Of a stretch of DNA of 58,612 nt, positions 8,379-18,295 are shown in pieces. Numbering within the stretch: position 1 is the first letter of the stretch; every line of letters starts with the position of its first letter. The translations under genes and the position numbers were made by a program. Origin of the DNA: Candidatus Fervidifonticultor octavus (lineage in GTDB: Bacteria; Sysuimicrobiota; Sysuimicrobiia; Sysuimicrobiales; Humicultoraceae). The DNA is taken from positions 1 to 58,612 of the forward strand of contig JAVKID010000004.1 of NCBI GenBank assembly GCA_031459655.1, in the 5' to 3' direction. The notes beneath the pieces are model-generated. The model did not search any database. It was given only the letters and a program-made list of their open reading frames with translations, and had not been told where the DNA came from.

Positions 8379-9586
8379 ATCAGGCACATCCTGTCTTCAT
8401 CCGACCCCAGGCCCAGGTCTTGGCCACCCGGCTTGCCGAGCCACGGCGCCACCTCCAGGTGGTCGCAGGCCCCCGGCAGGTCGGCAAGACAACGTTGGTA
8501 CTGCAGGTGCTCACGACCTGGGGCGAGTACGCGCGGTACGCGTCGGCCGACGAGCCGACACTGCGGGATCGGGCGTGGTTGGTGGCGCAGTGGGAGGCGG
8601 CACGCCTGGTCGCCAGGCGGGCGGGCAGGCGCGGCGCGGTACTCGCGCTAGACGAGATCCACAAGATCCCTGGCTGGTCCGAGACGGTCAAAGGCCTCTG
8701 GGACGAGGACACACGGCAGCGCGTGCCGTTGCGCGTCGTGATCCTGGGCTCGGCTCCTCTCCTGGTGCAGCGGGGCTTGACCGAGAGCCTGGCCGGGCGG
8801 TTCGAGGTCATCCCGCTCGGACACTGGACGTTGGTCGAGATGCGGGAAGCATTCGGCTTCGCGCTCGACCAGTACCTCTTCTTCGGCGGCTATCCCGGAG
8901 CGGCGCCGCTGGCGCAGGATCCGGCGCGCTGGGCGCGCTACGTGAAGGACGCGTTCATTGAGACGACGATCGCGCGCGACGTGCTGCTACTCTCCCGCGT
9001 GGACAAACCCGCCCTCCTGCGCCAGCTGTTCGAACTGGGTTGCCACTTCTCAGGCCAGGTGCTCTCCTACACGAAGATGCTGGGGCAGCTGCAGGACGCG
9101 GGGAATACCACGACCCTGGCGCATTACCTGGAGTTGCTCTCCGGCGCGGGCATGCTCACCGGTCTGCAGAAATACGCCGGCTCGGTGGTACGCCGACGAG
9201 GCTCGAGCCCCAAGCTGCAGGTGCTCAATACGGCGCTGATGACCGCCACCATGGGCCTGAGGTTCACCGAAGCGCGCGCAGACCCGGAAACGTGGGGGCG
9301 CATCGTGGAATCCGCAGTCGGCGCTCATCTGGCCAACGCGGCCGCCGGCGGCGAGGGCGAGCTCTTCTACTGGCGCGACCGCAATCGCGAAGTAGACTTC
9401 GTGCTCCGACGCGGACGGCGGCTGGTGGCCATCGAGGTGAAGTCCGGCCGGCGGCGCCACACGCTGCCCGGACTGGAAGCCTTCGCTGACCTGTTCAGAC
9501 CCGCGCGCACTCTGATCGTGGGAGCCGACGGGGTTCCGCTGGAAGAGTTCCTGGCACGGCCCGCCACTCACTGGACGAGCCCATGA
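8366..9586 (+). CDS. AAA_14/DUF4143 family ATPase with C-terminal PD-(D/E)XK-like domain
   Basis: Walker A GPRQVGKTT, Walker B LALDEIH, LGS, ESLAGR, GGYP, C-terminal EVDF...AIEVKS. Confidence 0.88.
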   Translation: MDMSNQAHPVFIRPQAQVLATRLAEPRRHLQVVAGPRQVGKTTLVLQVLTTWGEYARYASADEPTLRDRAWLVAQWEAARLVARRAGRRGAVLALDEIHKIPGWSETVKGLWDEDTRQRVPLRVVILGSAPLLVQRGLTESLAGRFEVIPLGHWTLVEMREAFGFALDQYLFFGGYPGAAPLAQDPARWARYVKDAFIETTIARDVLLLSRVDKPALLRQLFELGCHFSGQVLSYTKMLGQLQDAGNTTTLAHYLELLSGAGMLTGLQKYAGSVVRRRGSSPKLQVLNTALMTATMGLRFTEARADPETWGRIVESAVGAHLANAAAGGEGELFYWRDRNREVDFVLRRGRRLVAIEVKSGRRRHTLPGLEAFADLFRPARTLIVGADGVPLEEFLARPATHWTSP

Positions 9587-9592
9587 GCCGGA

Positions 9593-10297
9593 TCACCGCC
9601 GCGGCGACGGCCGGTATCCCCAGATCTTGCTCGTCTTCAGCCCCATCCCGGCCAACGCACAGGCCACCGAGAACCCCGCGGCCACCGGGTCGATGACCGG
9701 GATGCCCAAATCGTCCCGCAGGCGCTCCGCGGAGCCGGTCAGCGCCGCGCACCCCAGGACGACGGCCTCGGCGTGGTCGACGTCGCGCGCCGCCAGGCCT
9801 TCGCGGCGCATGGCCGCATAGCACCCCTCCGGGTCGTCCTGGATCCCCTGCACCGAGAAGTCTACCGCCCGCCATACGCAGATGCGGTGGGCCGCCCCGG
9901 CGGCTCGCGCGTTCTGCTCCATCTTGGGGACCCACTTCCAGTCGCCCACCAGCACCGCGATCCGGGAAGCGACGATGCCGGCCAGCATGAAGCTGGCTTC
10001 TCCGATGCCGACCACCGGGATGTCCAGGGCCTCCCGCAGTTCCCACATCCCGGGGTCGTAGAAGCAGCCGATGCTGGCCGCCGCGATGCGGTGTCGGGCG
10101 ACATAGGCGGGCAGCACCGCGAGCATCAGTCCCACGGCCGCGTGGTCGTCGGCGAAGTGTTCAAGATCGGCCGGCCCGTCCGGGAGGTCGATCACGTGGA
10201 CATCCGCAGCAGGCGCCAGCCCGGCCAGGTAGGCCCGGACCGCCTCGACGCGGCCGGGCCGCGCGCGGACCGGGATCACATGCAGGACCGCCGGCAT
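9593..10297 (-). CDS. Asp/Glu/hydantoin racemase family protein (allantoin/hydantoin racemase-like)
   Basis: Two catalytic Cys motifs, IGCFYDPG and VVLGCA; IPVIDPV. Confidence 0.85.
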   Translation of the reverse strand: MPAVLHVIPVRARPGRVEAVRAYLAGLAPAADVHVIDLPDGPADLEHFADDHAAVGLMLAVLPAYVARHRIAAASIGCFYDPGMWELREALDIPVVGIGEASFMLAGIVASRIAVLVGDWKWVPKMEQNARAAGAAHRICVWRAVDFSVQGIQDDPEGCYAAMRREGLAARDVDHAEAVVLGCAALTGSAERLRDDLGIPVIDPVAAGFSVACALAGMGLKTSKIWGYRPSPRR

Positions 10298-10339
10298 GCC
10301 TGGTGGCCTCCGCAGCCCCGTCGCGTCCTCCCCCCGGCT

Positions 10340-11404
10340 TCAGTACCCGGGGACCCCGAGGTCCCGGCACGCCGCGGCGACCTCGGGATGCACGTACTTC
10401 CCGTCCACCTCCAGCGGCACGCCGTCCAGGTGGATCGTGGGGGTGAGCACCACGCAGTCGGTGTGGGCGGCGGCCTTCCACCCCACCGCCTTCATCTGGG
10501 GCCCCTGCGTCCCAATCCCCATGTTGAAGATCCCGAACATCCGCTCGTCTTCCACGATGCGGCCGGTGGGCTTGGTGACGCCGGGGTTGAAGCCGAGCGA
10601 GTAGTGCGCCACGCGGTACATGTTGGGATCCCCGAACGAGGCCAGCCACCGCTCGTAGGTCCTGGCCTCGGCGCCGCCCTCGACCTTCGTGACGACGCCC
10701 GCCTCGATGGTGAGGGTCACCGGCGTGCGCACCAGCCCGATCTCCGCTGGCGGCCAGATGCAGCCGTCCACCACGAGACGGCCGGCGATGGTTTCCTCCA
10801 GCGGCGCCCAGGAGACCTGGCCGACCAGCATGATCGGCTCGCCCGGGGTGTCGGCGAGCTTGCCGGAGTGGCGAACATAGCGGCCGGCGTTGTCGGCAAC
10901 CAGGTCGGTGCCGGCCGCGGTGGTGATCTTCACCTCCCGCGCGGCGGCCAGCAGCGCCCGCAGCCTCTCGCCCATGGCGATGACCTTCGGGTAGTCGACG
11001 CGCCCGATCGAGCGCACCATCATCTGGACGTCCATCCCCGACAGACAGATGTACCGGGCGCCGCGCTCCATCGCGCGGCGGTAGGCGTTGGAGTAGAGAA
11101 TGTAGCCGACCGCGTACTCGATCCAGACGTCGCAGTCGGCGATAGCCGCGGCCACGGGCCGGGGTGGATCCTGGCCGCTGGTGAGGTTGGTGGGATACCA
11201 CAGGACGACCGGGACCGCGCCGGCCGCGAACGCGGCGTTGGCCGTGGCCTCCACCACGCGCGCGTCGCTGCTGGAGTCGGCGGTGATCACCACCTGCTCG
11301 CCGGGTCTGGCCAGCATGACCTGCTCGACGAGTTTCCGCGCCGCGGCGGCGACCTCGAACGACTGGTACTCCTTCAGGGTTTCCGTGCCGAGTGCCAGTT
11401 CCAT
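10340..11404 (-). CDS. M29-fold metalloprotein with NicX-like H..HxD ligand set
   Basis: GRLVVDG, AHYSLGFNP, EDER, HTD; start at MELALG. Confidence 0.75.
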   Translation of the reverse strand: MELALGTETLKEYQSFEVAAAARKLVEQVMLARPGEQVVITADSSSDARVVEATANAAFAAGAVPVVLWYPTNLTSGQDPPRPVAAAIADCDVWIEYAVGYILYSNAYRRAMERGARYICLSGMDVQMMVRSIGRVDYPKVIAMGERLRALLAAAREVKITTAAGTDLVADNAGRYVRHSGKLADTPGEPIMLVGQVSWAPLEETIAGRLVVDGCIWPPAEIGLVRTPVTLTIEAGVVTKVEGGAEARTYERWLASFGDPNMYRVAHYSLGFNPGVTKPTGRIVEDERMFGIFNMGIGTQGPQMKAVGWKAAAHTDCVVLTPTIHLDGVPLEVDGKYVHPEVAAACRDLGVPGY

Positions 11405-11468
11405 CGCCCCTGCCTCCCCGTCTCGAATGCTCGAGGCCCGACGACCCGCGGGGCCTCGCGCCGGCCGT

Positions 11469-12533
11469 CTACGTGGCGGCCAGGGCCGGCGCGACCCAGC
11501 GCCCGCCAGCGATGACCGGCTGGTCGTCGAACCACACGTCCGGCCCCGGGAAAACGAAGTCCTGGTGGTAGTCGGCCACCACGACCCCGCCCATGTGGCT
11601 GTTGTCACCGACGGCCAGGTGCACCGTCCCCTGGATCTTCTCCGCCTCGACGGTGATGTCGGTCCGCCGGGCCTGCGGATTGGTCCCGATGCCCAGTTCG
11701 CCCAGCATGCGCCGCGGCCGGGTGGCCTCGCTCCGCCCGGCCAGATCCAGGATCTCGGTGATCTGCGCGCCGACCGCGCCCCCACCGTCGAGCGCCACAA
11801 CCTCACCCCGCTCGAGTCGGATCGTCATGGGCTCGGTCAACCTGGCGTGCCAGCCGGGTTCCACGACCAGGCGGCCCTGCGCGGTGCCTTCCAGCGGCGC
11901 GCAGTAGGCCTCGCCGGCCGGCAGGTTGCCCCAGGCCCCCCGCGTCACATAGATGCCGTCGTCTGACCGGCCGTCGCGGCCCTCGACGCTGAATGCCACG
12001 TCGGTGCCGGCGGGCGTGGTGATGCGCACGCGGTGCGCCGCGGTGATCAACCCGGCCATCGCGCGCGTGGCGGCGGCCACCGCCTGGTAGTCCACCGCCA
12101 TCGGGCCGTCCGGGTAGAGCATCTCCGGGATGAAGCGCGGCATGCTGGCCACCCGGGCGCCGGCGCGGCAGGCCGCCTCGCGCGCGTCGGTGTGGCTGAG
12201 TGAGAAGGACGTGATGATCAACACGACGTCTGCGGCCGCCATGGCCTCCGCGACCTCGTCGGGTGGCTCGACCGCGCTGCGGCCCGTGGAGGGGTACGTG
12301 AGGAACCGCACCGGGTGAGCCGGCAGGTGCTCGCGGGCCACCTCCGCCACCAGCCGTGCGAAATATGCGCGCCGGAGCATCGCCTCCACGTCCTCGGGGG
12401 GCAGATGGGCCCACTGCTGCGGCGTCGGCAGGTCGGTCACGACCAGGAGGCGCTCCTCGTCCCGGAGGCCCATGTTCACCCTGAGCATGGACAGGACACC
12501 CGGGGTCATCGCCTCGCGGTCAATCCACGCCAT
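11469..12533 (-). CDS. Thermophilic metallo-aminopeptidase (M29 family)
   Basis: GNLPAGE, GELGIGTNP, EAEKIQGTVHLAVGDN and HQD carry the canonical M29 ligands. Confidence 0.85.
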   Translation of the reverse strand: MAWIDREAMTPGVLSMLRVNMGLRDEERLLVVTDLPTPQQWAHLPPEDVEAMLRRAYFARLVAEVAREHLPAHPVRFLTYPSTGRSAVEPPDEVAEAMAAADVVLIITSFSLSHTDAREAACRAGARVASMPRFIPEMLYPDGPMAVDYQAVAAATRAMAGLITAAHRVRITTPAGTDVAFSVEGRDGRSDDGIYVTRGAWGNLPAGEAYCAPLEGTAQGRLVVEPGWHARLTEPMTIRLERGEVVALDGGGAVGAQITEILDLAGRSEATRPRRMLGELGIGTNPQARRTDITVEAEKIQGTVHLAVGDNSHMGGVVVADYHQDFVFPGPDVWFDDQPVIAGGRWVAPALAAT

Positions 12534-13605
12534 GCGCGTCCCTCCCGGCAGGGGGCGGATCGGCACCCAGGACGCCCGCCGAGACCTCCGAGACCCGCGT
12601 CCGGCCGGGCAGCCCGGGCGCCCCGAACGCCCGATCGTACAGGATGCACCGCGCATGGTGGTCCGGCCCCACCCGCAGCAGGTCGGGGACCACCCGGTCG
12701 CAGGCGTCCAGACGCGCGTAGCACCGGGGGTGGAAGGAGCACCCGGGGGGGACCCGGGCGGCGCTGGGGACCTCCCCGCCCAGGGTGATCTTCTCGGGGA
12801 TCAGCGCGCTCTCCTCATCGGAGACCGTGGGGATCGCCGAGAGCAGGGCGCGCGTATATGGGTGCGCCGGACGGGCGAACAACGCCTCGGTGGGCGCCAT
12901 CTCCACGATCTTCCCCAGGTACATCACGGCGATGGCATCCGCCACATTGCGGACCAGGCTGAGGTCGTGCGAGATCATCAGGTAGGTCAGGTCGAGTTCG
13001 CGCTGCAGGCGCCGCAGCAGCGCGATGATCTTGGCCTGCACCGAGACGTCGAGGGCCGAGGTGGGCTCGTCGAGCACGATGAACCGCGGCGCCAGGGCCA
13101 GCGCCCGCGCGATCGCCACCCGCTGGCGCTGCCCGCCCGACAGCGCGTGGGGGTAGCGGAACAAGAAATCGCGCGGGGGGAGTTCGACCCGTTCGAGCAG
13201 CTCATGCACGCGCCGCCACCGCTCGCGGGGCGTGCCGAGGCGGTGGACCACCAGCGGCTCCTCGACGATCTCCCTGACGCGGCGGCGGGGGTTGAGGGAG
13301 GACGCGGGGTTCTGGAAGACGATCTGCATCTGCCGCCGGATCGGCCGCAGCGCCGCTTCGTCGAGCGCGGTGATGTCGCGCCCGTCGAAGACGACCCGCC
13401 CCGCGGTGGGCCGCAGCAGCCGGACGATGATCTTGCCCAGGGTCGTCTTGCCGGAACCCGTCTCCCCCACCAGCGCCACCGTGGCGCCCTTGGGAATCGC
13501 CAGGCTGACCCCGTCCACCGCCCGGACCTCCCCGACCCGGCGCCGCAGGAGCCCGCGGGTGATGGGAAAGTGCTTGACGACGCCGTCGGCTTCGACCAGG
13601 ACCAT
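12520..13605 (-). CDS. dppF: Dipeptide/oligopeptide ABC transporter ATP-binding protein
   Basis: GETGSGKT, LSGGQRQR, DEPTSALD, HPYT, C-terminal oligo_HPY Cys motif. Confidence 0.9.
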   Translation of the reverse strand: MVLVEADGVVKHFPITRGLLRRRVGEVRAVDGVSLAIPKGATVALVGETGSGKTTLGKIIVRLLRPTAGRVVFDGRDITALDEAALRPIRRQMQIVFQNPASSLNPRRRVREIVEEPLVVHRLGTPRERWRRVHELLERVELPPRDFLFRYPHALSGGQRQRVAIARALALAPRFIVLDEPTSALDVSVQAKIIALLRRLQRELDLTYLMISHDLSLVRNVADAIAVMYLGKIVEMAPTEALFARPAHPYTRALLSAIPTVSDEESALIPEKITLGGEVPSAARVPPGCSFHPRCYARLDACDRVVPDLLRVGPDHHARCILYDRAFGAPGLPGRTRVSEVSAGVLGADPPPAGRDAHGVD

Positions 13606-13608
13606 GCC

Positions 13609-14628
13609 TCAGGCCTCGACCGCCGACGACGCCTCGACCGTGGACGACGGGTAGAGGTGGCAGGCTACCCGGCGGCCGGGCTCGACCTCGGCCAGATGGG
13701 GCCGCAGACGGTCGCAGACCGCCATCCGGAACGTGCACCGGGGGGCGAACCGGCAGGCCGGCGGCGGCGCCACGTAGTCTGGGATCCGCCCTTCGATCCC
13801 GGTCCCCATGGTGCCGGTCAGCCGGGGCACGGCCGCCAGCAGGCCCTGGGCATAGGGATGGAACTGGCGGCGGAACATCTCGCGCGTGGCGGCCACCTCG
13901 GCGATCTCGCCCCCGTACATCACGTAGATGCGGTCGGAGACCAGCCGCGCCACGCCCAGGTTGTGGGTGATGTAGAGCACCGACAGCCCCTCGGTGCGGA
14001 CCAGTTCCCGCAGTTCCAGCAGGATCTGGTCCTGGATGGATACGTCGAGCGCCGTGCCGAGTTCATCGGCGATGAGCAGTTCGGGTCGGCCGATCAACGC
14101 CAGGGCGATCAGGACCCGCTGGCGCATCCCGCCCGAGAGCTCGATGGGGTAGCGTGCGAGCATCCCCTCCGGATCGGGAACCCGGACCATGCGCAGGACC
14201 TCCACGCACCGCCGCCAGACGGCCTGGTCGGGGCGCCGCCATCCGACCCGGTCGGCGCCCTGCCACATCACGATGTCGGCCAGTTGCCGGCCGACGGTGA
14301 ACACCGGGTTGAGCGCGGTAGACGGATCCTGGAAGATCATCGCGATCTGGCGGCCGCGGACCCGGCGGAGCTCGTCTTCGGACAGGCGCAGCAGGTCCTG
14401 GCCTTTGAAGACGATACGGCCCGAGACGACCTCGGCGTTGGCCGGCAGCAGGCCCAGGATGGCCTTGGCGGTAACGGACTTCCCGCAGCCGGTCTCGCCC
14501 ACCAGGGCCACGCTCTCGCCTCGACCGACATCGAGGGTCACGCCGTTGATGACGCGGGCGCGACCCTCGTAGGTGCGAAAGTGAATCGCCAGGTCCGAGA
14601 CGGCCAGCAGCGGCTCCGTCCGGGTCAC
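13609..14628 (-). CDS. dppD: Dipeptide/oligopeptide ABC transporter ATP-binding protein
   Basis: [22 protein letters not shown] start overlaps the upstream stop (GTGA). Confidence 0.9.
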   Translation of the reverse strand: MTRTEPLLAVSDLAIHFRTYEGRARVINGVTLDVGRGESVALVGETGCGKSVTAKAILGLLPANAEVVSGRIVFKGQDLLRLSEDELRRVRGRQIAMIFQDPSTALNPVFTVGRQLADIVMWQGADRVGWRRPDQAVWRRCVEVLRMVRVPDPEGMLARYPIELSGGMRQRVLIALALIGRPELLIADELGTALDVSIQDQILLELRELVRTEGLSVLYITHNLGVARLVSDRIYVMYGGEIAEVAATREMFRRQFHPYAQGLLAAVPRLTGTMGTGIEGRIPDYVAPPPACRFAPRCTFRMAVCDRLRPHLAEVEPGRRVACHLYPSSTVEASSAVEA

Positions 14629-15545
14629 GAGCCGGCCCGCCACTGTTCGATCTGCACGTCGAACACGTCGCGCAGGCCGTCACCGAGCAGGTTGAAGCCC
14701 AGCACGGCAATGAAGATCGCCAGCCCCGGAAACGTCGCGGCCCACCACGATCCCGGCAGATAGGCGCGGCCTTCGGCGATCATGGTCCCCCACTCGGGCG
14801 TCGGCGGCTGGGCGCCGAACCCCAGGTAGCTGAGCCCCGAGGCGGTGAGGATGACGAAGCCCATGTCGAGGGTGATCTTGACCAGGATGGGAGACCAGGC
14901 GTTGGGGAGGATCTCGCGGAAGGCGATCCGCCAGGGGCCGGCCCCCAGCCCGCGGCTGGCCTCCACGAACTGCTCCTCTTTGAGGGACAGCACCTGCCCG
15001 TAGACCAGCCGCGTGTACCAGGGCCACCAGGCAAAAGCGATGGCGATCATGGCGTTGGTGAGGTTGGGGCGCAGGGCGGCGGTCACCGCGAGGGCCAAGG
15101 CAATGGGGGGGATGGCCAGGAAGATGTCGGTGATCCGCATGATCACGTCGCCCACCCGGCCGCCCCAGTAGCCGGCGACGAGCCCCAGGGGCACGCCGAT
15201 GCCCACGGCCAGGATCAGCACCACCGCGCCCAGCACGAGCGAGATGCGCGCGCCGAAGATGATCCGCGAGAGGATGTCCCGCCCCGCGTCGTCGGTCCCC
15301 AGGAGGTTGCGCGAGGACGGCGGCTGCAGCGCGTGCGCGAAGTCCACGAACGACCCGGCGTGCTGGGGGTAGGGGGCCACGAAGGGCGCGAGCAGTGCGG
15401 CGGCCACCATGAGGCCCACCACGGCCAGGCCGGCCACGGACAGGGTGGACTGGCGGAAGCGGAACCACATCTTCCGCCACTCCTGGGCCCGCGTGGCCCT
15501 CAGGTCCCCCGAGATGGCGGCCTCAGCCACCCTGACGCCCTCCAC
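14625..15545 (-). CDS. dppC: Dipeptide/oligopeptide ABC transporter permease
   Basis: LGTDDAGRDILSRIIFGARISL, EAA-like loop, PPTPEWG, NLLGDGLRD. Confidence 0.92.
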   Translation of the reverse strand: MEGVRVAEAAISGDLRATRAQEWRKMWFRFRQSTLSVAGLAVVGLMVAAALLAPFVAPYPQHAGSFVDFAHALQPPSSRNLLGTDDAGRDILSRIIFGARISLVLGAVVLILAVGIGVPLGLVAGYWGGRVGDVIMRITDIFLAIPPIALALAVTAALRPNLTNAMIAIAFAWWPWYTRLVYGQVLSLKEEQFVEASRGLGAGPWRIAFREILPNAWSPILVKITLDMGFVILTASGLSYLGFGAQPPTPEWGTMIAEGRAYLPGSWWAATFPGLAIFIAVLGFNLLGDGLRDVFDVQIEQWRAGS

Positions 15546-15572
15546 GCGGGCGACCGGACTGTCGGGGCGTCC

Positions 15573-16583
15573 TCATCCCTCGCCGTACCGGATGCGCGGG
15601 TCCAGGTAGCCGTACAGGAGATCCACGAGCAGGTTGACCACGGCGTAGGCCGCCCCGACGACGAGCGTCACCGCGATCACCGCGTTGAAGTCCTTCCACA
15701 GCAGGGCGTCCACCCCGTAGAAGGCCAGGCCCGGCCAGGCGAACACGGTCTCGACCAGGAACGCGTTGCCCAGCAGGAACCCGTAGCTCAGTCCGATGAT
15801 GGTCAGCGTGGCGGTGAACGCGTTCTTCAGCAGGTACCGGTAGATGATCAGGCGGGGCGGCAGGCCGTAGGAGCGCGCGGCGAGGGCGTAGTCGCGCCGC
15901 ATCTCCTCGATCATGCTGGCCCGGATCAGGCGCATGATCTGGGCCAGGGTGCCCACCGAGAGGGCGAAGGCGGGCATCGCGAGGTACTTCAGGGACGTCG
16001 CGAACGCCTTGAAGTCCCCCGCCAGCACGCTGTCCAGCAGGTAGAGCCCGGTGATCTGGACGGGCGGGGCCGGCCCGCGGCCGATGGTGGGCAGCAGGCC
16101 CAGGTGGTAGGCGAACGCCAGCTGCAGCAGGATCGCCAGCCAGAAGCGGGGCAGCGCCACCCCGACCAGGGCGACGAGGCGGCTGATGTGGTCGTCCAGC
16201 GCGTCCTTGTGGACGGCGGCGCGAATCCCCAGGGGGACGCCCAGGGCAACGGCCAGCAGCATGGCCACCGACGTCAGTTCCAGCGTCGCGGGGAAGAAGT
16301 CGCGCAGGTCCTTGGCGACGTCGCGGTGCGTGCGAAGCGAGAAGCCGAAGTCGCCCCGGAACAGCCCGGCCATGTAGGTGACGTACTGGACGTACAGCGG
16401 GCGGTCCAGCCCCATCTGGTGGCGGAGTTGCTGGACCTGCTCTTCCCGGGCGTCGGGGCCGAGGGCCAACCGCACGGGGTCGCCCGGAATCACCCGCGAC
16501 ACGATGAAGATCAGCACCGACAGCCCCACCAGCACGGGCACGAGGTGGAGCACGCGCCGGAGCAGGTACGTGCCGAATCCCAT
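15573..16583 (-). CDS. dppB: Dipeptide/oligopeptide ABC transporter permease
   Basis: PGDP...GLDRPLYVQY...GDFGFS, ETVFAWPG, DPRIR. Confidence 0.92.
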   Translation of the reverse strand: MGFGTYLLRRVLHLVPVLVGLSVLIFIVSRVIPGDPVRLALGPDAREEQVQQLRHQMGLDRPLYVQYVTYMAGLFRGDFGFSLRTHRDVAKDLRDFFPATLELTSVAMLLAVALGVPLGIRAAVHKDALDDHISRLVALVGVALPRFWLAILLQLAFAYHLGLLPTIGRGPAPPVQITGLYLLDSVLAGDFKAFATSLKYLAMPAFALSVGTLAQIMRLIRASMIEEMRRDYALAARSYGLPPRLIIYRYLLKNAFTATLTIIGLSYGFLLGNAFLVETVFAWPGLAFYGVDALLWKDFNAVIAVTLVVGAAYAVVNLLVDLLYGYLDPRIRYGEG

Positions 16584-16644
16584 GGCCTACGGGCGGGTGG
16601 GGACAGCCGGGGCTGCCCCCACCTCGCGCCTATCGCGCCATTGC

Positions 16645-18228
16645 CTACCGCTCGATGGTGAAGTCATAGAACGCGACGTCGAAACCCAGCAGGCCCACGT
16701 AGCGGTAGCCCTTGACGTGGTTGCGGAAGGCGATCCGGTGCAGCGGGTTGGCCACGTAGATGCTCGGCGCGTCCCGCACGATGGGGACCTGCACGTCCCG
16801 GTAGAGTTTCATCTGCTGCTCGGGGTCCACCGCCCGCCGGGCCGCCTCCAGCATCTTCGTGACCTCGGGGTTCTCGTAGAAACTCATGCAGCGAAACGTC
16901 CCCCAGCAGCTCGGGTGGTACATCCCGTAGGTGTGGCTGTCCACGTGGGGGTACTTCAGGGTGTCGAAGATGGCGGTGATGTGGGGGGTCGTCTCCGGTT
17001 TGGTGGCACGCTCCACCACCCGCGCCCACGGTTCGCCGATGATCTCCACGTTGATCCCGATCTCCTCGAGGTTGCTCTTCAGCAGCAGGCCGATCAGCCG
17101 CTCCATGGGCACCGCGGTGATCCACAGGTACTGGATGGTCAGGTCCCCGGGCTTGTAGCCGGCCTCGGCCAGCAGCCCCCTGGCCCGGGCCACGTTCCGG
17201 CCGTAGACCGGCACCTGCGGGCTCCACCCGGGCACCCGCACCGGCACCGGCCCCTTGGCCTTGGTGGCCCCCACGAAGATCTGCTGGATGGCGATGTCAT
17301 AGTTGAAGGCGTAAGAGATGGCCTGGCGCACCTTGACGTTGTCCAGGGGCTTCAACTTGGTGTTCATCTGCAGGTGGAAGAGCTGGACGCTGGGATCTTC
17401 CTTGACGGTGATGCCGGGCACCTTCAACTCCTGGAAGCTGGGCGGGGACAGCCACTGGTTGACCATGTCGGCCTGGCCGGCGACCAGCAGGGTCTTCACC
17501 GTAGCCTCTTCCGGCACGTACCGGTAGATGACCCGGCTGATCTGCCCCGGCTTCCAGCCGCGCCAGTAGGCGTCGTGCCGGACCATGAGCATGTCGCCCG
17601 CCCGGTCCCACCGCTCCATGCGGTAGGGCCCCGAGCCCGCGTCCTGGCGCTCCAGCAGGCTGGCCCCGTAGTCGCCGAACTCCCCGAAGGGGCCCGGACG
17701 CAGGTTGGCCATGATCAGGTCCTTGTCCATGATGAACAACAGCAGCAGCGTCCCCAGGAACGGCGCGTAGGGCTCCTTCAGTTCGAAGCGGACCGTGTAC
17801 CGATCCACGGCCCTGGTCCGTCCCGGTTCCAGCACCGGCGTCCAGGTCCACGAGAAGCCGCGCTTGAGGCGCAGCGCCCGATCCATGGAGAAGACCACGT
17901 CGTCGGCGGTCATCTCGCGGCCGCTGTGGAACCGGACCCCCCGGCGCAGTTTGAACGTGTAGATCCGGCCGTCGGGCGAGACGGTCCAGGACTCGGCCAG
18001 GTGCGGGCGGGGTTCCATCGACCCCTTCTCGACGTTGGGGTAGAGCAGCGGGTCGTAGAGGTTGATGGCCGAGTGCAGGCTGCTCTCGTCCACCGCCGCC
18101 TGGGGGTCGATGGCGGTGATGATCTGCTGCTCGATGTACGTCATGGTGATGGGCGGCTGCGAGCGCGCCTGCAGTGGCACCACCAGGAGCAGCGCGACCA
18201 GGACGACTGCCCCAAGACGATATCGCAT
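16645..18228 (-). CDS. dppA: Peptide/nickel ABC transporter substrate-binding protein (family 5)
   Basis: Signal peptide MRYRLGAVV..., PHLAESW...YTFKLRRGVRFHSG, GSGPY, VRQAISYA. Confidence 0.9.
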   Translation of the reverse strand: MRYRLGAVVLVALLLVVPLQARSQPPITMTYIEQQIITAIDPQAAVDESSLHSAINLYDPLLYPNVEKGSMEPRPHLAESWTVSPDGRIYTFKLRRGVRFHSGREMTADDVVFSMDRALRLKRGFSWTWTPVLEPGRTRAVDRYTVRFELKEPYAPFLGTLLLLFIMDKDLIMANLRPGPFGEFGDYGASLLERQDAGSGPYRMERWDRAGDMLMVRHDAYWRGWKPGQISRVIYRYVPEEATVKTLLVAGQADMVNQWLSPPSFQELKVPGITVKEDPSVQLFHLQMNTKLKPLDNVKVRQAISYAFNYDIAIQQIFVGATKAKGPVPVRVPGWSPQVPVYGRNVARARGLLAEAGYKPGDLTIQYLWITAVPMERLIGLLLKSNLEEIGINVEIIGEPWARVVERATKPETTPHITAIFDTLKYPHVDSHTYGMYHPSCWGTFRCMSFYENPEVTKMLEAARRAVDPEQQMKLYRDVQVPIVRDAPSIYVANPLHRIAFRNHVKGYRYVGLLGFDVAFYDFTIER

Positions 18229-18295
18229 GCTCGATCCTCCCTCCTCTGCTGAGGTCACTTCACGTCCCAAAGGCCTCTTGCGCCTTCACGGGGCA

